From Desulfobacterales bacterium (GTDB lineage Bacteria > Desulfobacterota > Desulfobacteria > Desulfobacterales > UBA5852), in the NCBI GenBank assembly GCA_963674755.2, contig CAXXVS010000002.1:640001-704000 (forward strand): a stretch of 64,000 bases of DNA, in the 5' to 3' direction. Below the pieces are notes generated by a model. It was given only the letters and a program-made list of their open reading frames with translations, made no database searches and was not told the origin of the DNA. A program made the translations under genes and the position numbers. The stretch's first letter is position 1, and each line of letters opens with the position of its first letter. Positions 9,702-19,790 of this stretch are shown in pieces.

Positions 9702-10457
9702 ATGAACAAGACGAGCCAACATCCAATCCTTATTGGTTGTGAAACCATCATTACGGAAGCGCTCCCCTTTCTGGATCGGCCGATATCCTTTGAAGCGGTT
9801 GAGGCGGGGCTCCATGCCGACGCGGCGCGGCTGACGACCGCGCTTCGGGCCGCCGCCGCAAGGGCGGATGGCCGTTTCGATCCCATCATTCTTGGCTATG
9901 GCCTGTGCGCCAACGCCGTCGTGGGGATCAAAACCGAAAAGAGCACCCTGATCGTGCCCCGCGTGGATGACTGCATCGCCGCGATGCTGGGATCCTCGGC
10001 GACCTACCGTGCGGTTATGAAAGAAAATCCCGGCGCTTTTTTTCTTTCCCGCGGATGGATCATCAGCGGCATCACGCCCTTGGATGAATTCCGCCAATTG
10101 AGCGAACGCTACGGTGAAGCACGCGCGCGCCGGCTGCAAAAACAGATGTTCCGGCATTACCAACAGCTGGTTTATGTGGATACCAAGGGGGATGACGATT
10201 CCGGATACGAGGCGCAGGCCAGCGCGGTCGCCGGGCATATGGAATTGGCCTATCAGAAAATCAAGGGTACGGCTGATCTGATCAAGACTATGGTCCAGGG
10301 CCCCTGGGATGATCGTTTCATCGTCTGCCCGCCGGGCCGGGCCATTGCGTTGTCAGATTTCGCCCTTCCCGAAGCATCGCCGCAGGGCCTGCTTCGCGAC
10401 CGGCATGGCCACCGGAAGGCAGAAAATGGTGCAGGCCCAAAATGCCAACCCTCCTAA
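9702..10457 (+). CDS. DUF1638 domain protein (corrinoid-system associated)
   Basis: LIGC, GLH, ILGYGLCANAVVG, VPRVDDCI, FFLSRGW, GPWDDRF; start uncertain (9690 or 9702). Confidence 0.85.
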   Translation: MNKTSQHPILIGCETIITEALPFLDRPISFEAVEAGLHADAARLTTALRAAAARADGRFDPIILGYGLCANAVVGIKTEKSTLIVPRVDDCIAAMLGSSATYRAVMKENPGAFFLSRGWIISGITPLDEFRQLSERYGEARARRLQKQMFRHYQQLVYVDTKGDDDSGYEAQASAVAGHMELAYQKIKGTADLIKTMVQGPWDDRFIVCPPGRAIALSDFALPEASPQGLLRDRHGHRKAENGAGPKCQPS

Positions 10458-10483
10458 CCAAACAGATGGGCGGCGGTGCGCTG

Positions 10484-10850
10484 TCAGGCCTTTCTTTCAG
10501 CCGCCGGGCGGCCGAAAGGGATGCCCAGCTTGCGCATGCGGGAGCGCAGGGTATTGGGGTTGATGCCGATGATTTCCGCTGCTCCGCCCGGTCCGTGGAT
10601 CTTGCCGCCGGTATGCTGCAGAACCCAGGTAATGTAGCGGCGGCTCACGGTTTCCCAGGGTTCTAGCGGGGCAGTGGCAGGTGGTGCGGGCGGCGGCGGC
10701 GCTGAAGCGGGCCGCAGGCCTTCGAACCGCAGGGGCCACTGTGGCCCTGCTGCCGGATCAATTCCCGTTCCACTGCGTTCTCAAGTTCCCGCACATTGCC
10801 CGGCCAGGGATAGGCTTGCAGCCGCGTCAGGGCTTCTTCCGGCTCCGGTT
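10484..10850 (-). pseudogene. 3' remnant of a sigma54 enhancer-binding protein (AAA+ end plus HTH), frameshifted
   Basis: One frame reads [27 protein letters not shown]; after a frameshift near 10732 another reads YITWVLQHTGGKIHGPGGAAEIIGINPNTLRSRMRKLGI*; no upstream AAA+ sequence. Confidence 0.8.
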
Positions 10851-10860
10851 CTGTCGGTGA

Positions 10861-11009
10861 TGGGCCGAGTCCCCGAATGGGGATCAATCCACCTTTGGCG
10901 GACAAGCCGGTGTTTCCGCCCTTTGGAAATCTGCGCCGCAGCCCAGCTGCGCTTCCGGTTCCCAAATCACGGCGGCCTTGACTGCACCCAAAATCTGCCA
11001 TTTATGACA
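10861..11009 (-). repeat. Palindromic dispersed repeat, copy A
   Basis: Reverse complement shares CAAGGCCGCCGTGATTTG and TTGATCCCCATTCGGGGACTCGGCCCA with 23480-23645; end motif TGTCATAAATGG. Confidence 0.8.
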
Positions 11010-11090
11010 CCGCCTGCCATCGATAGGGGAACCACTGGGGAAACACCGACAGGGGCCGTATCCTCCTGCGGGTCCGTTGGCCGCGAACGG

Positions 11091-12140
11091 TCAGCGGTCC
11101 CAGGAGAAAAGAACGGCGCCCAGGCCCAGAAATAAACCGGTCATCATCACCAGCACGAGTATCTCAGGCATCACGTCGAGCAGGCCGGCCCCGTCGTTCA
11201 TGATCTTGCGGACCCCCCTCAGGAGGTGGGTGAGGGGAAAAATTTGGGCGAACTGCTTGACCCATCCGGGAGCGCCTTCGAGGGAGAACCAGACCTCGGA
11301 GAGGAACATCATGGGCCAAGAGATGAAATTGAGGATGCCGGTGGTAAATTCCTCGCTCGTCCCCCGGGCCGCCAATACCAGCCCCAGGGCGGTCAGGCTC
11401 AGGCTGCCCAGGAAAAACATGACGAAGATGCTGACCAGGGACCCTGCGACGTTGAAATGGAATATCAGGTCGCAGCCGAACCAGACCACGAGCAGGGTGA
11501 ACATCAACAGAAAAAGCCGCGAGAGCATCTGGGCGCTCAGGTATTCGAAGGCGGTCAGCGGGGTGGCTTTCAGCCGCCGCAAGGCGCCGTTTTTGCGGTA
11601 GCGCACGACGATGTAGCCCACCCCCCACAGGGCGCTGAACATCATGTTCATGGCCAGAATGCCCGGGAAAAGCCAGTCGATGTAACGGATCTCGGTACTG
11701 TGGATCTGCTCCCGTTGCAGGAGGGCCGGATCCGGTGGACCGCTGAGGCTGGCCTGGAAGATTTTTTCGGCCAGCTGCCCCTGGGGAGAGCTGTCGTTGA
11801 TCCAGTAGCGGTAGGGCGGTGATCCGGCGCGCACCACCAGGTCCACTTTGTGGTGGCGCAGTTTTGCCAGGGCTTCTTCCCGGGTGGCAAACCCCACGAA
11901 TTGCAAAAAACGTGTTTTTTTGAAGGCTTCGGGAAGCTTCAGCTCCGCCACCGGCAGGGGATTGCGCGTTGCGGGAAATACGCCGATCTTGTAGGCGGTG
12001 TATTCCTTGCCACCGAAGAGAATGCCGAACCCGGCCACCAGCAGAAAAGGGAACAGGAAGTTCCAGCCAAAGGAGGCCCGGTCGCGGAAGAACTCCCAGT
12101 TGCGGGCCTTGAACATGATCCATATGCGTTTGAAGCGCAT
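11091..12140 (-). CDS. ABC-2 type exporter permease
   Basis: RYIDWLFPGILAM, LRRLKATP, FPLTH; N-terminal TM plus C-terminal TM cluster. Confidence 0.9.
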   Translation of the reverse strand: MRFKRIWIMFKARNWEFFRDRASFGWNFLFPFLLVAGFGILFGGKEYTAYKIGVFPATRNPLPVAELKLPEAFKKTRFLQFVGFATREEALAKLRHHKVDLVVRAGSPPYRYWINDSSPQGQLAEKIFQASLSGPPDPALLQREQIHSTEIRYIDWLFPGILAMNMMFSALWGVGYIVVRYRKNGALRRLKATPLTAFEYLSAQMLSRLFLLMFTLLVVWFGCDLIFHFNVAGSLVSIFVMFFLGSLSLTALGLVLAARGTSEEFTTGILNFISWPMMFLSEVWFSLEGAPGWVKQFAQIFPLTHLLRGVRKIMNDGAGLLDVMPEILVLVMMTGLFLGLGAVLFSWDR

Positions 12141-12148
12141 TGGCTAAT

Positions 12149-13033
12149 CTAATCCCTTAAATGTCTTCCGGTCAGATTGAGAAAGACGTGTTCGAGGTTC
12201 GGCGAATTTACGGACATGTCGGACAAATCCACTTCGCAGGACAATAGCTGTTTGAGACAGGCATCGATATTGGATGTCTGGATGTGGACGGCCCCGTTGA
12301 TTTCTTTCAAATCGAGCGGCAGGGCCGTAGGCGGCTTTTTGAAACTGCGGCGGGGCAGAACCACGGTCACACCATGGCAATGGGTGCGGATCAGCGCCTC
12401 GGGGGCACCCCGGGCGATGATGCGGCCGTGGTCCATGATGGCCACCTCGTCGCAAAGGTGCTGGGCCTCTTCCATATAATGGGTGGTGAGAACGATGGTC
12501 TTGCCCGAGGCCTTGATGGTATTGACGATATGCCACAGGTTGTGCCGGGCCTGGGGGTCGAGACCGGTGGAAGGCTCATCCAGAAACACCAGGTGAGGGC
12601 GGTTCACAAGCGCCAGGGCCAGCAGAAAACGCTGGCGTTGACCACCGGAAAGCTTTTCATGGCGTTGGTGCTTGAACTCCTGCAGCTGGCATTGATCCAC
12701 CAGGACGTCCAGATCTTCCGTCTCTTCATAGAGCCCCTTGAAAATCTGCAGGGTTTCCCAGACGGTCAGCATGGCCAGCAGGGATGTGTTCTGAAATTGA
12801 ATGCCCACCTCGTTTTTGAATTGGTTCGTGCGGGCCCGCCCCCGGTAGAGAATGTCGCCCGAGGTGGATGCCAGGATATTTTCAATCACTTCGAGGGTGG
12901 TGGTCTTGCCGGCTCCGTTGGGTCCCAGCAGACCGAAGCAGATGCCCTGTCCGATGGCAAAGCTGATATCGTCCACTGCCGTCAGGGCGCCGTATTTTTT
13001 GACCAGATGCTGAACCTCGAGAAGGGGGGCCAT
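12149..13033 (-). CDS. ABC exporter ATP-binding protein
   Basis: GPNGAGKTT, LSGGQRQR, VFLDEP, TTHYMEEA. Confidence 0.93.
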   Translation of the reverse strand: MAPLLEVQHLVKKYGALTAVDDISFAIGQGICFGLLGPNGAGKTTTLEVIENILASTSGDILYRGRARTNQFKNEVGIQFQNTSLLAMLTVWETLQIFKGLYEETEDLDVLVDQCQLQEFKHQRHEKLSGGQRQRFLLALALVNRPHLVFLDEPSTGLDPQARHNLWHIVNTIKASGKTIVLTTHYMEEAQHLCDEVAIMDHGRIIARGAPEALIRTHCHGVTVVLPRRSFKKPPTALPLDLKEINGAVHIQTSNIDACLKQLLSCEVDLSDMSVNSPNLEHVFLNLTGRHLRD

Positions 13034-13203
13034 GGTTTCCTTTCCGGTTGGATTTTCCGTCTCCGCAATTTTGAACATTTCGGGAGATCTGGCAAGTCTA
13101 ATCCGCTATTTTGTGCGCTGCTGAGAAACATGGTATGAGGTGGTTCGGTTAAACCCCGGCGAAGCCGCTGTTGGCCCGGATCCATGATGCGGAGCGAAAT
13201 CGA

Positions 13204-13974
13204 ATGCGCTATTTATTGGCACTGGTGATGGTGTTTTCCCTGCTGGGCGTCTGCCAGGCCGAGCTGCGCATTCTGGGCGAAGTATCCCCTCCGGGTGAAT
13301 ACCTGGATGCGGGCGGCCGGCCGGCCGGCGTGACCGTCGCGCTGGTCAGGGAATTGCTATGCCGTCTGAAGGTTCGGGCCACCATCCAGATCCTGCCCTG
13401 GAAGCGGGCCTACCAGATGGGGCTCGATGAACACGACGTGGTCCTTATGGAGACCACCCGCACGCCGGAGCGCGAAAACCGCTTTAAATGGGTTGGCCCC
13501 ATTTTGATTGTGAAGCGAATTGTTTACGGCATGGATACCTATGACAAGCCGTTGAAAACGATCGCGGATTTGCGGCAGGGCGGCACCATTTGCGTGCTGC
13601 GGGGCAGTTCCAATGAACGTTACCTGCAGTCCCTGGACATCACCCGGATGAATGCCGTGACGGTGCCGGCCCAGTGTCTCAAAATGCTGGCGGCCGATCG
13701 TGTGCCGCTTTTCTACACTTGCGAAATCGGCATGGATGGTCTGCTGAAGGAGCAGGGCCTGGCCGCCGACCGGGTTAAAGCCCTGCTCGACCTCAAAAAA
13801 GAATATCTCTACCTGGCCTTTTCCAAGGATGTCAGTGATGCCTGCATCCGTCGCTGGCGGGACGCACTGGAAACAGCCAAACGCGATGGCACGGTAGCGC
13901 ACATCTACCAAGGCGTTTATTCCCCTGGAACCATAAGGGAGATTTGTCGGCCCGGCGATCCCCTGGCGCATTAA
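13204..13974 (+). CDS. Periplasmic substrate-binding protein (family 3-like)
   Basis: Signal peptide; PWKRA, RTPERENRFKWVGP, YLAFSKD. Confidence 0.8.
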   Translation: MRYLLALVMVFSLLGVCQAELRILGEVSPPGEYLDAGGRPAGVTVALVRELLCRLKVRATIQILPWKRAYQMGLDEHDVVLMETTRTPERENRFKWVGPILIVKRIVYGMDTYDKPLKTIADLRQGGTICVLRGSSNERYLQSLDITRMNAVTVPAQCLKMLAADRVPLFYTCEIGMDGLLKEQGLAADRVKALLDLKKEYLYLAFSKDVSDACIRRWRDALETAKRDGTVAHIYQGVYSPGTIREICRPGDPLAH

Positions 13975-14120
13975 TGAGGCCTTATCAAGGCCTGGCTCCC
14001 GCCGCAAAGCAAATTGAAGCTGCCTTTCCTGACGTCTGCTTACACATTGCCCTTGACGGCGATCCGAGGTTTGTGAATCTAATCTTCTCCCTTTTTTCAT
14101 CGGGAGCCTGGTATACGCGC

Positions 14121-14972
14121 ATGAGTCCACGCAATCGAATTTTCCTGCTGATTATGATCATGTCCGCGATCGTGGTGACGGTCGAATCCATCACGATTGG
14201 CCTTCTCTATCAAACCGCCTTCGAACAGGAGCGGCTGCGTCTTGTGGAGACCGCCAAGAGTCAGGCCCGGCTCATCGAAGCGGTGGCGCGCTTCGATGAG
14301 GTATACAGTGCGGATTTTCCTTCGGGTGCCCGGCAAGCCACGCTCAACCAAATTCAAGACGCCCATTCCCGATATCAGGGCTTTGGCGAAACGGGAGAAT
14401 TCACGCTCTCGAAAAAGGAAAACAACCAGATCGTGTTCCTCTTGAATCATCGCCATTACGATCTCAACCATCCCCAACCGGTCCCCTGGGATTCCAAGCT
14501 GGCCGAACCCATGCGGCTGGCATTGTCGGGAAAGTCGGGAACCATCGTGGGGCTCGATTATCGGGGGGTGCGCGTCCTGGCCGCCCATGAGCCCGTGGAG
14601 GAACTGAATCTGGGAATCGTGGCCAAGATCGATCTTTCCGAGATCCGGGCGCCGTTCATACGAGCCGGCTTACTCAGCACCCTGATTGCGGTTATTGCGA
14701 TTGTCATCGGCGCGGCGGTCTTCATCAAAATTACGGAGCCGATTCTCGAAAAGCTGCGTCAGGCCGTAATGGTGTTGGAAAGGGCATTGAAAGAGGTGAA
14801 AACGCTGCGGGGGATCGTCCCCATCTGCTCCTTCTGCAAGAAGATTCGCAACGACAAGGGCTATTGGGACCAGGTGGAAGTTTATGTCAAGGAACACACC
14901 GAAGCCGATTTCAGCCATGGCATCTGCCCGGCCTGTATGCAACAGCACTACCCGGATCTGATGGACCAATAA
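14121..14972 (+). CDS. Membrane sensor protein (Cache-like domain) with C-terminal CxxC...CxxC domain
   Basis: Two TMs flanking FGETGEF...GLDYRGVRVLAAHEP; C-terminal PICSFCKKIRNDKGYW...FSHGICPAC. Confidence 0.75.
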   Translation: MSPRNRIFLLIMIMSAIVVTVESITIGLLYQTAFEQERLRLVETAKSQARLIEAVARFDEVYSADFPSGARQATLNQIQDAHSRYQGFGETGEFTLSKKENNQIVFLLNHRHYDLNHPQPVPWDSKLAEPMRLALSGKSGTIVGLDYRGVRVLAAHEPVEELNLGIVAKIDLSEIRAPFIRAGLLSTLIAVIAIVIGAAVFIKITEPILEKLRQAVMVLERALKEVKTLRGIVPICSFCKKIRNDKGYWDQVEVYVKEHTEADFSHGICPACMQQHYPDLMDQ

Positions 14973-15220
14973 ACACCGTGACGCTAGCGGGCGCAGAGGC
15001 GGGAGGCATGATCTGCTTTGATGGGGTGTCCCCCGAGGTGGCCCTGTCGGCGGCGCGGACCAAATGGATCAGCGAGGGTCCCGACCGCATGCCAACCCGG
15101 TTGAAACCGGCCGGCCAATACGCAAGGAAAGCTCTGCGAGGAGCATGCGCCGGGCGTTTATCCCATCTTTGAAAATGAGGTTTGAAATATCCCCTTGCGG
15201 GAATCCGGAAGGCCCTGATC

Positions 15221-15646
15221 ATGACAACCGACCGCGCAAAACAGATTGAAGCGTATATCCGGCAGGACCCCTTTGCCCAACGACTGGGGGCTAGCGTTGA
15301 AATCCTCGCGCCAGGCCACAGCCGCGTTACCCTGGCCATAACCGAGGACATGGCCAATTTCCATGGCATGACCCACGGCGGGGTGGTTTTCGCCCTGGGG
15401 GACATGGCATTTGCCGCAGCCAGCAATTCCCGCGGCCAGACCGCGGTCGCCTTGAATGTGGCCATCAATTTCCTGAAAGCCACCCGCCCCGGCGATCGGC
15501 TGGTGGCTGAAGCGCGGGAACAGCATGCGGCCGGACCGACGGCGCTATATGACATCACCATTCGGGACGCGATCACGGGTGATCTGGTGGCCCGAAGCCA
15601 GGACCTGGTCTATCGCAAGAAGGACTGGTTCGTGCCCGAAGCCTGA
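15221..15646 (+). CDS. PaaI-family hotdog-fold thioesterase
   Basis: NFHGMTHGGVVFALGDMAFAAASNS. Confidence 0.88.
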   Translation: MTTDRAKQIEAYIRQDPFAQRLGASVEILAPGHSRVTLAITEDMANFHGMTHGGVVFALGDMAFAAASNSRGQTAVALNVAINFLKATRPGDRLVAEAREQHAAGPTALYDITIRDAITGDLVARSQDLVYRKKDWFVPEA

Positions 15647-15842
15647 CGGCCGACCGCTGCACGGCCCGGCCGCGGGGCGAGGGCGGCGGGTGCTCCGGGA
15701 AGAATTGAAAACGCTATGGTTTCGTTAGGTTCCGCTTTACCAGGCCGGCCCGTCTTGTTATGATCCGGGCAAGCCGTGCCGTTTTGTCCGGGACGGCGCC
15801 ATCGGCATCGCCAAGCCAACCAGCGGCCACCACGGGTATTCT

Positions 15843-17234
15843 ATGAAGCAATTGGAATGGATTTTCATACAGCTTCTGCCGTCTGTGGGCTTCATCCTGG
15901 CCCTGGTCCTCCTTTCCCACATCCTCAAACAGCGGCGCTCGCCCACCAGCACCATCGCCTGGCTCATGGCCGTCATTTTCATCCCTTACATCGGTGTGCC
16001 GCTGTATATTCTTTTCGGCGGTCGCAAGATGGCCCGCAAGATGGCCTCCAAGCGCATGCTGCCCCAAACCTCATCGATCCAGCACGCCGGTCCGGGGCTC
16101 GAGCATCAACTGGCCTCCCTGGTCTATCGGGGAGGATTTCCCCCCACCCGGCGCAACCGCATCAAGTTGCTGCTATCGGGCGAGGATGCCTTCCACGAAA
16201 TGATGCGTCTGATCGAAAGCGCCGAATATGCCATCTATGTGGCCACCTTCATCCTGGGTAAGGGGCCCACGGGCCGGCAAATCATCGATACCCTGGCACG
16301 GCGGGCGGCCGAGGGCCTCCAGGTCTATCTCCTGCTGGACGCCCTGGGGTCGGTCAAAATCAACCGCCGTTTTCTGGCCCCTTTGCACCGGGCCGGCGGC
16401 CGGAGCGCTTTTTTCATGCCCATGTTCAACCTGCCTTTCAGGGGGCGGGCCAACCTGCGCAACCATCGCAAAATGGTGATCGTCGATCGAAGATCCGCCA
16501 TCGTGGGCGGGATGAATCTGGCCCATCAGTATATGGGACCCCGCCGGACCCGGGACCGCTGGCATGACATCTCCATGTGCGTGACAGGACCGGCTGCGAG
16601 CCAGGCCTTTGAAATCTTCCGCTCGGACTGGGAATTCGCGGCCAACGAACATATCACCAACCCGACCCCTTTCAGCGCCCTCATGGACATCACCGCCACA
16701 ACCGCCCTGCAATTCATGGCCAGCGGACCGGACGTGGAAAACGACGCCCTGCGGGAAGCCCTGCTGATCAGTCTTTTTCGGGCCCACCACCGGGTCTGGA
16801 TCGTAACGCCCTATTTCGTTCCTGATGATTTTCTTCTGGAAGGCCTGTGCATGGCGGCCCATCGGGGGGTGGACTTGCGTTTGATCATCCCCGAGCACTC
16901 CAATCACCGTCTGGCGGATTGGGCCCGGGAAGGTTATCTGTCGCAGCTGCAGGAGGCTGGCGCCCGGATTCATCTCTACATGCCCCGCATGCTGCACGCC
17001 AAAGCCCTCATTATCGACAACAGCGTCGCCCTGGTTGGTTCGGGCAATATGGATATGCGCAGCCTGCTGCTGAATTATGAGGTGGGGTTGTGCATTTATT
17101 CGGTTGACATCATCCGCCAGCTGGAAAAGTGGATGACGGGCCTGATGAAGGCCTGCCGGGAACGCCAGCCCCATCAAAGCCCCACTCTGACCCTGATCGA
17201 AGGCGTCAGCCGGTTGTTTGCCCCCCTGCTGTAG
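15843..17234 (+). CDS. cls: Cardiolipin synthase (phospholipase D family)
   Basis: Two N-terminal TMs; two HKD motifs NHRKMVIVD and LHAKALIID; TPYFVP; GSGNMDMRS. Confidence 0.9.
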   Translation: MKQLEWIFIQLLPSVGFILALVLLSHILKQRRSPTSTIAWLMAVIFIPYIGVPLYILFGGRKMARKMASKRMLPQTSSIQHAGPGLEHQLASLVYRGGFPPTRRNRIKLLLSGEDAFHEMMRLIESAEYAIYVATFILGKGPTGRQIIDTLARRAAEGLQVYLLLDALGSVKINRRFLAPLHRAGGRSAFFMPMFNLPFRGRANLRNHRKMVIVDRRSAIVGGMNLAHQYMGPRRTRDRWHDISMCVTGPAASQAFEIFRSDWEFAANEHITNPTPFSALMDITATTALQFMASGPDVENDALREALLISLFRAHHRVWIVTPYFVPDDFLLEGLCMAAHRGVDLRLIIPEHSNHRLADWAREGYLSQLQEAGARIHLYMPRMLHAKALIIDNSVALVGSGNMDMRSLLLNYEVGLCIYSVDIIRQLEKWMTGLMKACRERQPHQSPTLTLIEGVSRLFAPLL

Positions 17235-17481
17235 ATAGGGCCGGGATTGGGTCGCAGCGAAACATCAACGCGATCCCCTGGCCGGCGTCCCTCGTCGGAG
17301 GAGAGCTGCCCATCGGCTTGAATTCAAAAAAATCACGCTGAAAAAAGAGTTGAAAATAGACGCCGGCCATCCCGGGACAGCGGAGAACATGGGGAACGAC
17401 CGTCCCCGGATCGGGATCGGGCACGGCGGCGGGCCGCGGTGCCGTTGATCCCGATTCGAGAAGCGGGCTTAGGATGGGGGG

Positions 17482-17658
17482 TTAGACGACATCGCTCCCA
17501 GCCCGGCCGGGACGCTTGATCACCATCTGGTTTTGGCAATAGGGGCAGAAGACGATGGCGCAGTTGTGCTCATCGATGCAGGCTTCCGGAGGCAAGGACA
17601 ATACATAGGGGCCCTTGCCCTCATAGGAGCAGGTTTCGGTTGTGCAATAGTAGTCCAT
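17482..17658 (-). CDS. Small Cys-rich (zinc-ribbon-like) protein, 58 aa
   Basis: MDYYCTTETC...FCPYC; AAGAGGAG RBS; directly downstream of slyD. Confidence 0.7.
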   Translation of the reverse strand: MDYYCTTETCSYEGKGPYVLSLPPEACIDEHNCAIVFCPYCQNQMVIKRPGRAGSDVV

Positions 17659-17692
17659 GCTAAGCAATTCTCCTCTTGAATGGGACGGTCCG

Positions 17693-18223
17693 TCAGTGGC
17701 AGCCGCATCCGGAGTCATTCGACCCGCAGCCGCCCTCCGGCGCTCCGGAGGAGCAGTCGCAGTCGCAACCGCAGCCGGCGCTTTGGGTGGGAGCTTCGCT
17801 GATGCCGACCACTTCGATGTCGAAGGTCAATGATTGCCCCGCCAGGGGGTGATTGAGATCGACGGTAACACCTTCCTCATCCACGGCGATGATCCGGGCC
17901 GGAATCTGTTGGCCGTCCTGGGTGGTCAGTCCCACGGTCTGTCCCACCTGGGGATCCATTTCAGCCGGAATGTCGCTTCTTGCAAAGGTATGCTTGCGAT
18001 CCTCATCCACGTCACCGTAGGCCTCCTGGGGGGACAGGGTGAAGGTTTTCTTTTCGTTCAAGGCCATGCCCAGGAGGGCTTTCTCGAAGCCTGCGATCAA
18101 CTGGCCGGCGCCCATTTGAATTTCGAGGGGCGCACGGCCTTCGCTGCTGTCGAAGACCTGACCGTCCTGGAGCGTCCCTTTGTAATCCACACTGACATAC
18201 AAACCGTCACTGACTTTGTTCAT
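17693..18223 (-). CDS. slyD: FKBP-type peptidyl-prolyl isomerase, SlyD-like
   Basis: YKGTLQDGQVFDSS, LIAGFEKAL, AYG, VDLNHPLAG; Cys-rich tail. Confidence 0.9.
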   Translation of the reverse strand: MNKVSDGLYVSVDYKGTLQDGQVFDSSEGRAPLEIQMGAGQLIAGFEKALLGMALNEKKTFTLSPQEAYGDVDEDRKHTFARSDIPAEMDPQVGQTVGLTTQDGQQIPARIIAVDEEGVTVDLNHPLAGQSLTFDIEVVGISEAPTQSAGCGCDCDCSSGAPEGGCGSNDSGCGCH

Positions 18224-18476
18224 GCAATCTCCTTTTACAAAATAATGATGAGAAAACCGTTAGCGGTTCCGAACAACATAAAGATAAATAATTGTAAGTC
18301 AAGACAAATAGTTAGATGTGAAGGCCGCACTTGCGGCATTAGGCGCCGGGTGTCGCCGTCTCCGGGTCAGATGGTCTGCCACCGATATTCGGAGGGGGAA
18401 TGGCCAGCGGATGGGATGAAAGGGATGCGGGAGGGGAGCGCATGGAGGGCCGGGAGGCACGCATCGGCGTTTGCCA

Positions 18477-19565
18477 TCAGTCGGCTTCCGTCTCATCCAG
18501 ATAGTGATGAAACGCGCTCATGGCCGTGATGTCATCCAACTGCGCCACCTTGCGGCGAAACGCGATGGCCTCCTGGAAATCCGGCTTAGCCATCAGGAGA
18601 TGCTCCTTGCGCGTGCCGGAGGCGTTGATGTTGATGGCCGGCCAAATCCGCTGCTCGGCACAGGCCCGGCTGAGCACCAGATCCATGTTGCCGGTGCCCT
18701 TGAACTCCTGAAAGATGACATCGTCCATGCGGCTTCCGGTATCCACCAGGATCGTGGCCACCACGGTCAGGGAGCCGCCCTTTTCGATATTGCGGGCCAT
18801 GCCGAAAATGCGGCGGGGCACGGTCAGGGCATTGGCGGCCAGTCCCCCGGATAATGTCCGGCCGTGGCTCTGGGTCTGACTGTTGAACGCCCGGGACATG
18901 CGGGTCAGCGAATCGATCAGCACCACGACATCCTTGCCGGTTTCGGCGCTGCGGCTGGCCGTGTTCATGGCGAGCCGGGTCATGCGCATGTGCTGCATGA
19001 CACTCTGGTCGGCGGAAGAGGACAGTACGCAGGCCCCCGGCAGGGCCCGCTTGAAATCGGTCACTTCCTCGGGGCGCTCGTCCACCAGCAGGATAAAAAG
19101 CTCGGCCTCGGGGTGATGGTGTTGGATCGAGGTGGCGATGTGTTTCAAGATAGTCGTTTTCCCGGATTTGGGCGGTGAGACGATCAAACCGCGCTGCCCT
19201 CTTCCGATGGGGACAAACATATCCAGGGCCTTTCCCACCCGGTCGTCCGGTCCCTGGCATATCTTAAATGATTCTGATGGATTGATGCTGATGAGCTCCT
19301 GCAATGATTTAAGTTTTGAATAGGACGCGAGGGGCAGTCCGTTAACGGTTTCGATGCGGGACAGCTTCAAATTCTTGTTTTTGCCGTTGCCCTTGACGCC
19401 GACCCCCTCGATGAGAACGCCTTCCAGCAGGTTGGCCTGTTTGATCAGATAGGCCGGCACAAAGGGGTCGGCAGGCGCAGCCTCAAAATTGTTTTCGATG
19501 GTGCGCAGAAAACCGAACCCTTTATCCAGTATTTCCAAATAACCCTGAACAGGCTTCAATGGCAT
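18477..19565 (-). CDS. rho: Transcription termination factor Rho, short form (362 aa)
   Basis: [62 protein letters not shown]. Confidence 0.88.
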   Translation of the reverse strand: MPLKPVQGYLEILDKGFGFLRTIENNFEAAPADPFVPAYLIKQANLLEGVLIEGVGVKGNGKNKNLKLSRIETVNGLPLASYSKLKSLQELISINPSESFKICQGPDDRVGKALDMFVPIGRGQRGLIVSPPKSGKTTILKHIATSIQHHHPEAELFILLVDERPEEVTDFKRALPGACVLSSSADQSVMQHMRMTRLAMNTASRSAETGKDVVVLIDSLTRMSRAFNSQTQSHGRTLSGGLAANALTVPRRIFGMARNIEKGGSLTVVATILVDTGSRMDDVIFQEFKGTGNMDLVLSRACAEQRIWPAININASGTRKEHLLMAKPDFQEAIAFRRKVAQLDDITAMSAFHHYLDETEAD

Positions 19566-19790
19566 CCTCTCCTATGATTCCCGTTGGCTTGGTTGATGAC
19601 AAGGAGCGCTGTCAAAAACCATGCGGTATGTGTACAGAACGTGTCCCGGGTGCCTCTTTCGCCGGCGCCGGCTGATGATAGCCCGGCAGTGGTTTGCACA
19701 GGACGGTAAGAATGCCGTCGGCCGCCCCGCTTGGGGCCGCCTTTTCAATGATCCGACCCCATTGGCATAGGTGCGGAATGTCTCTTGCGG

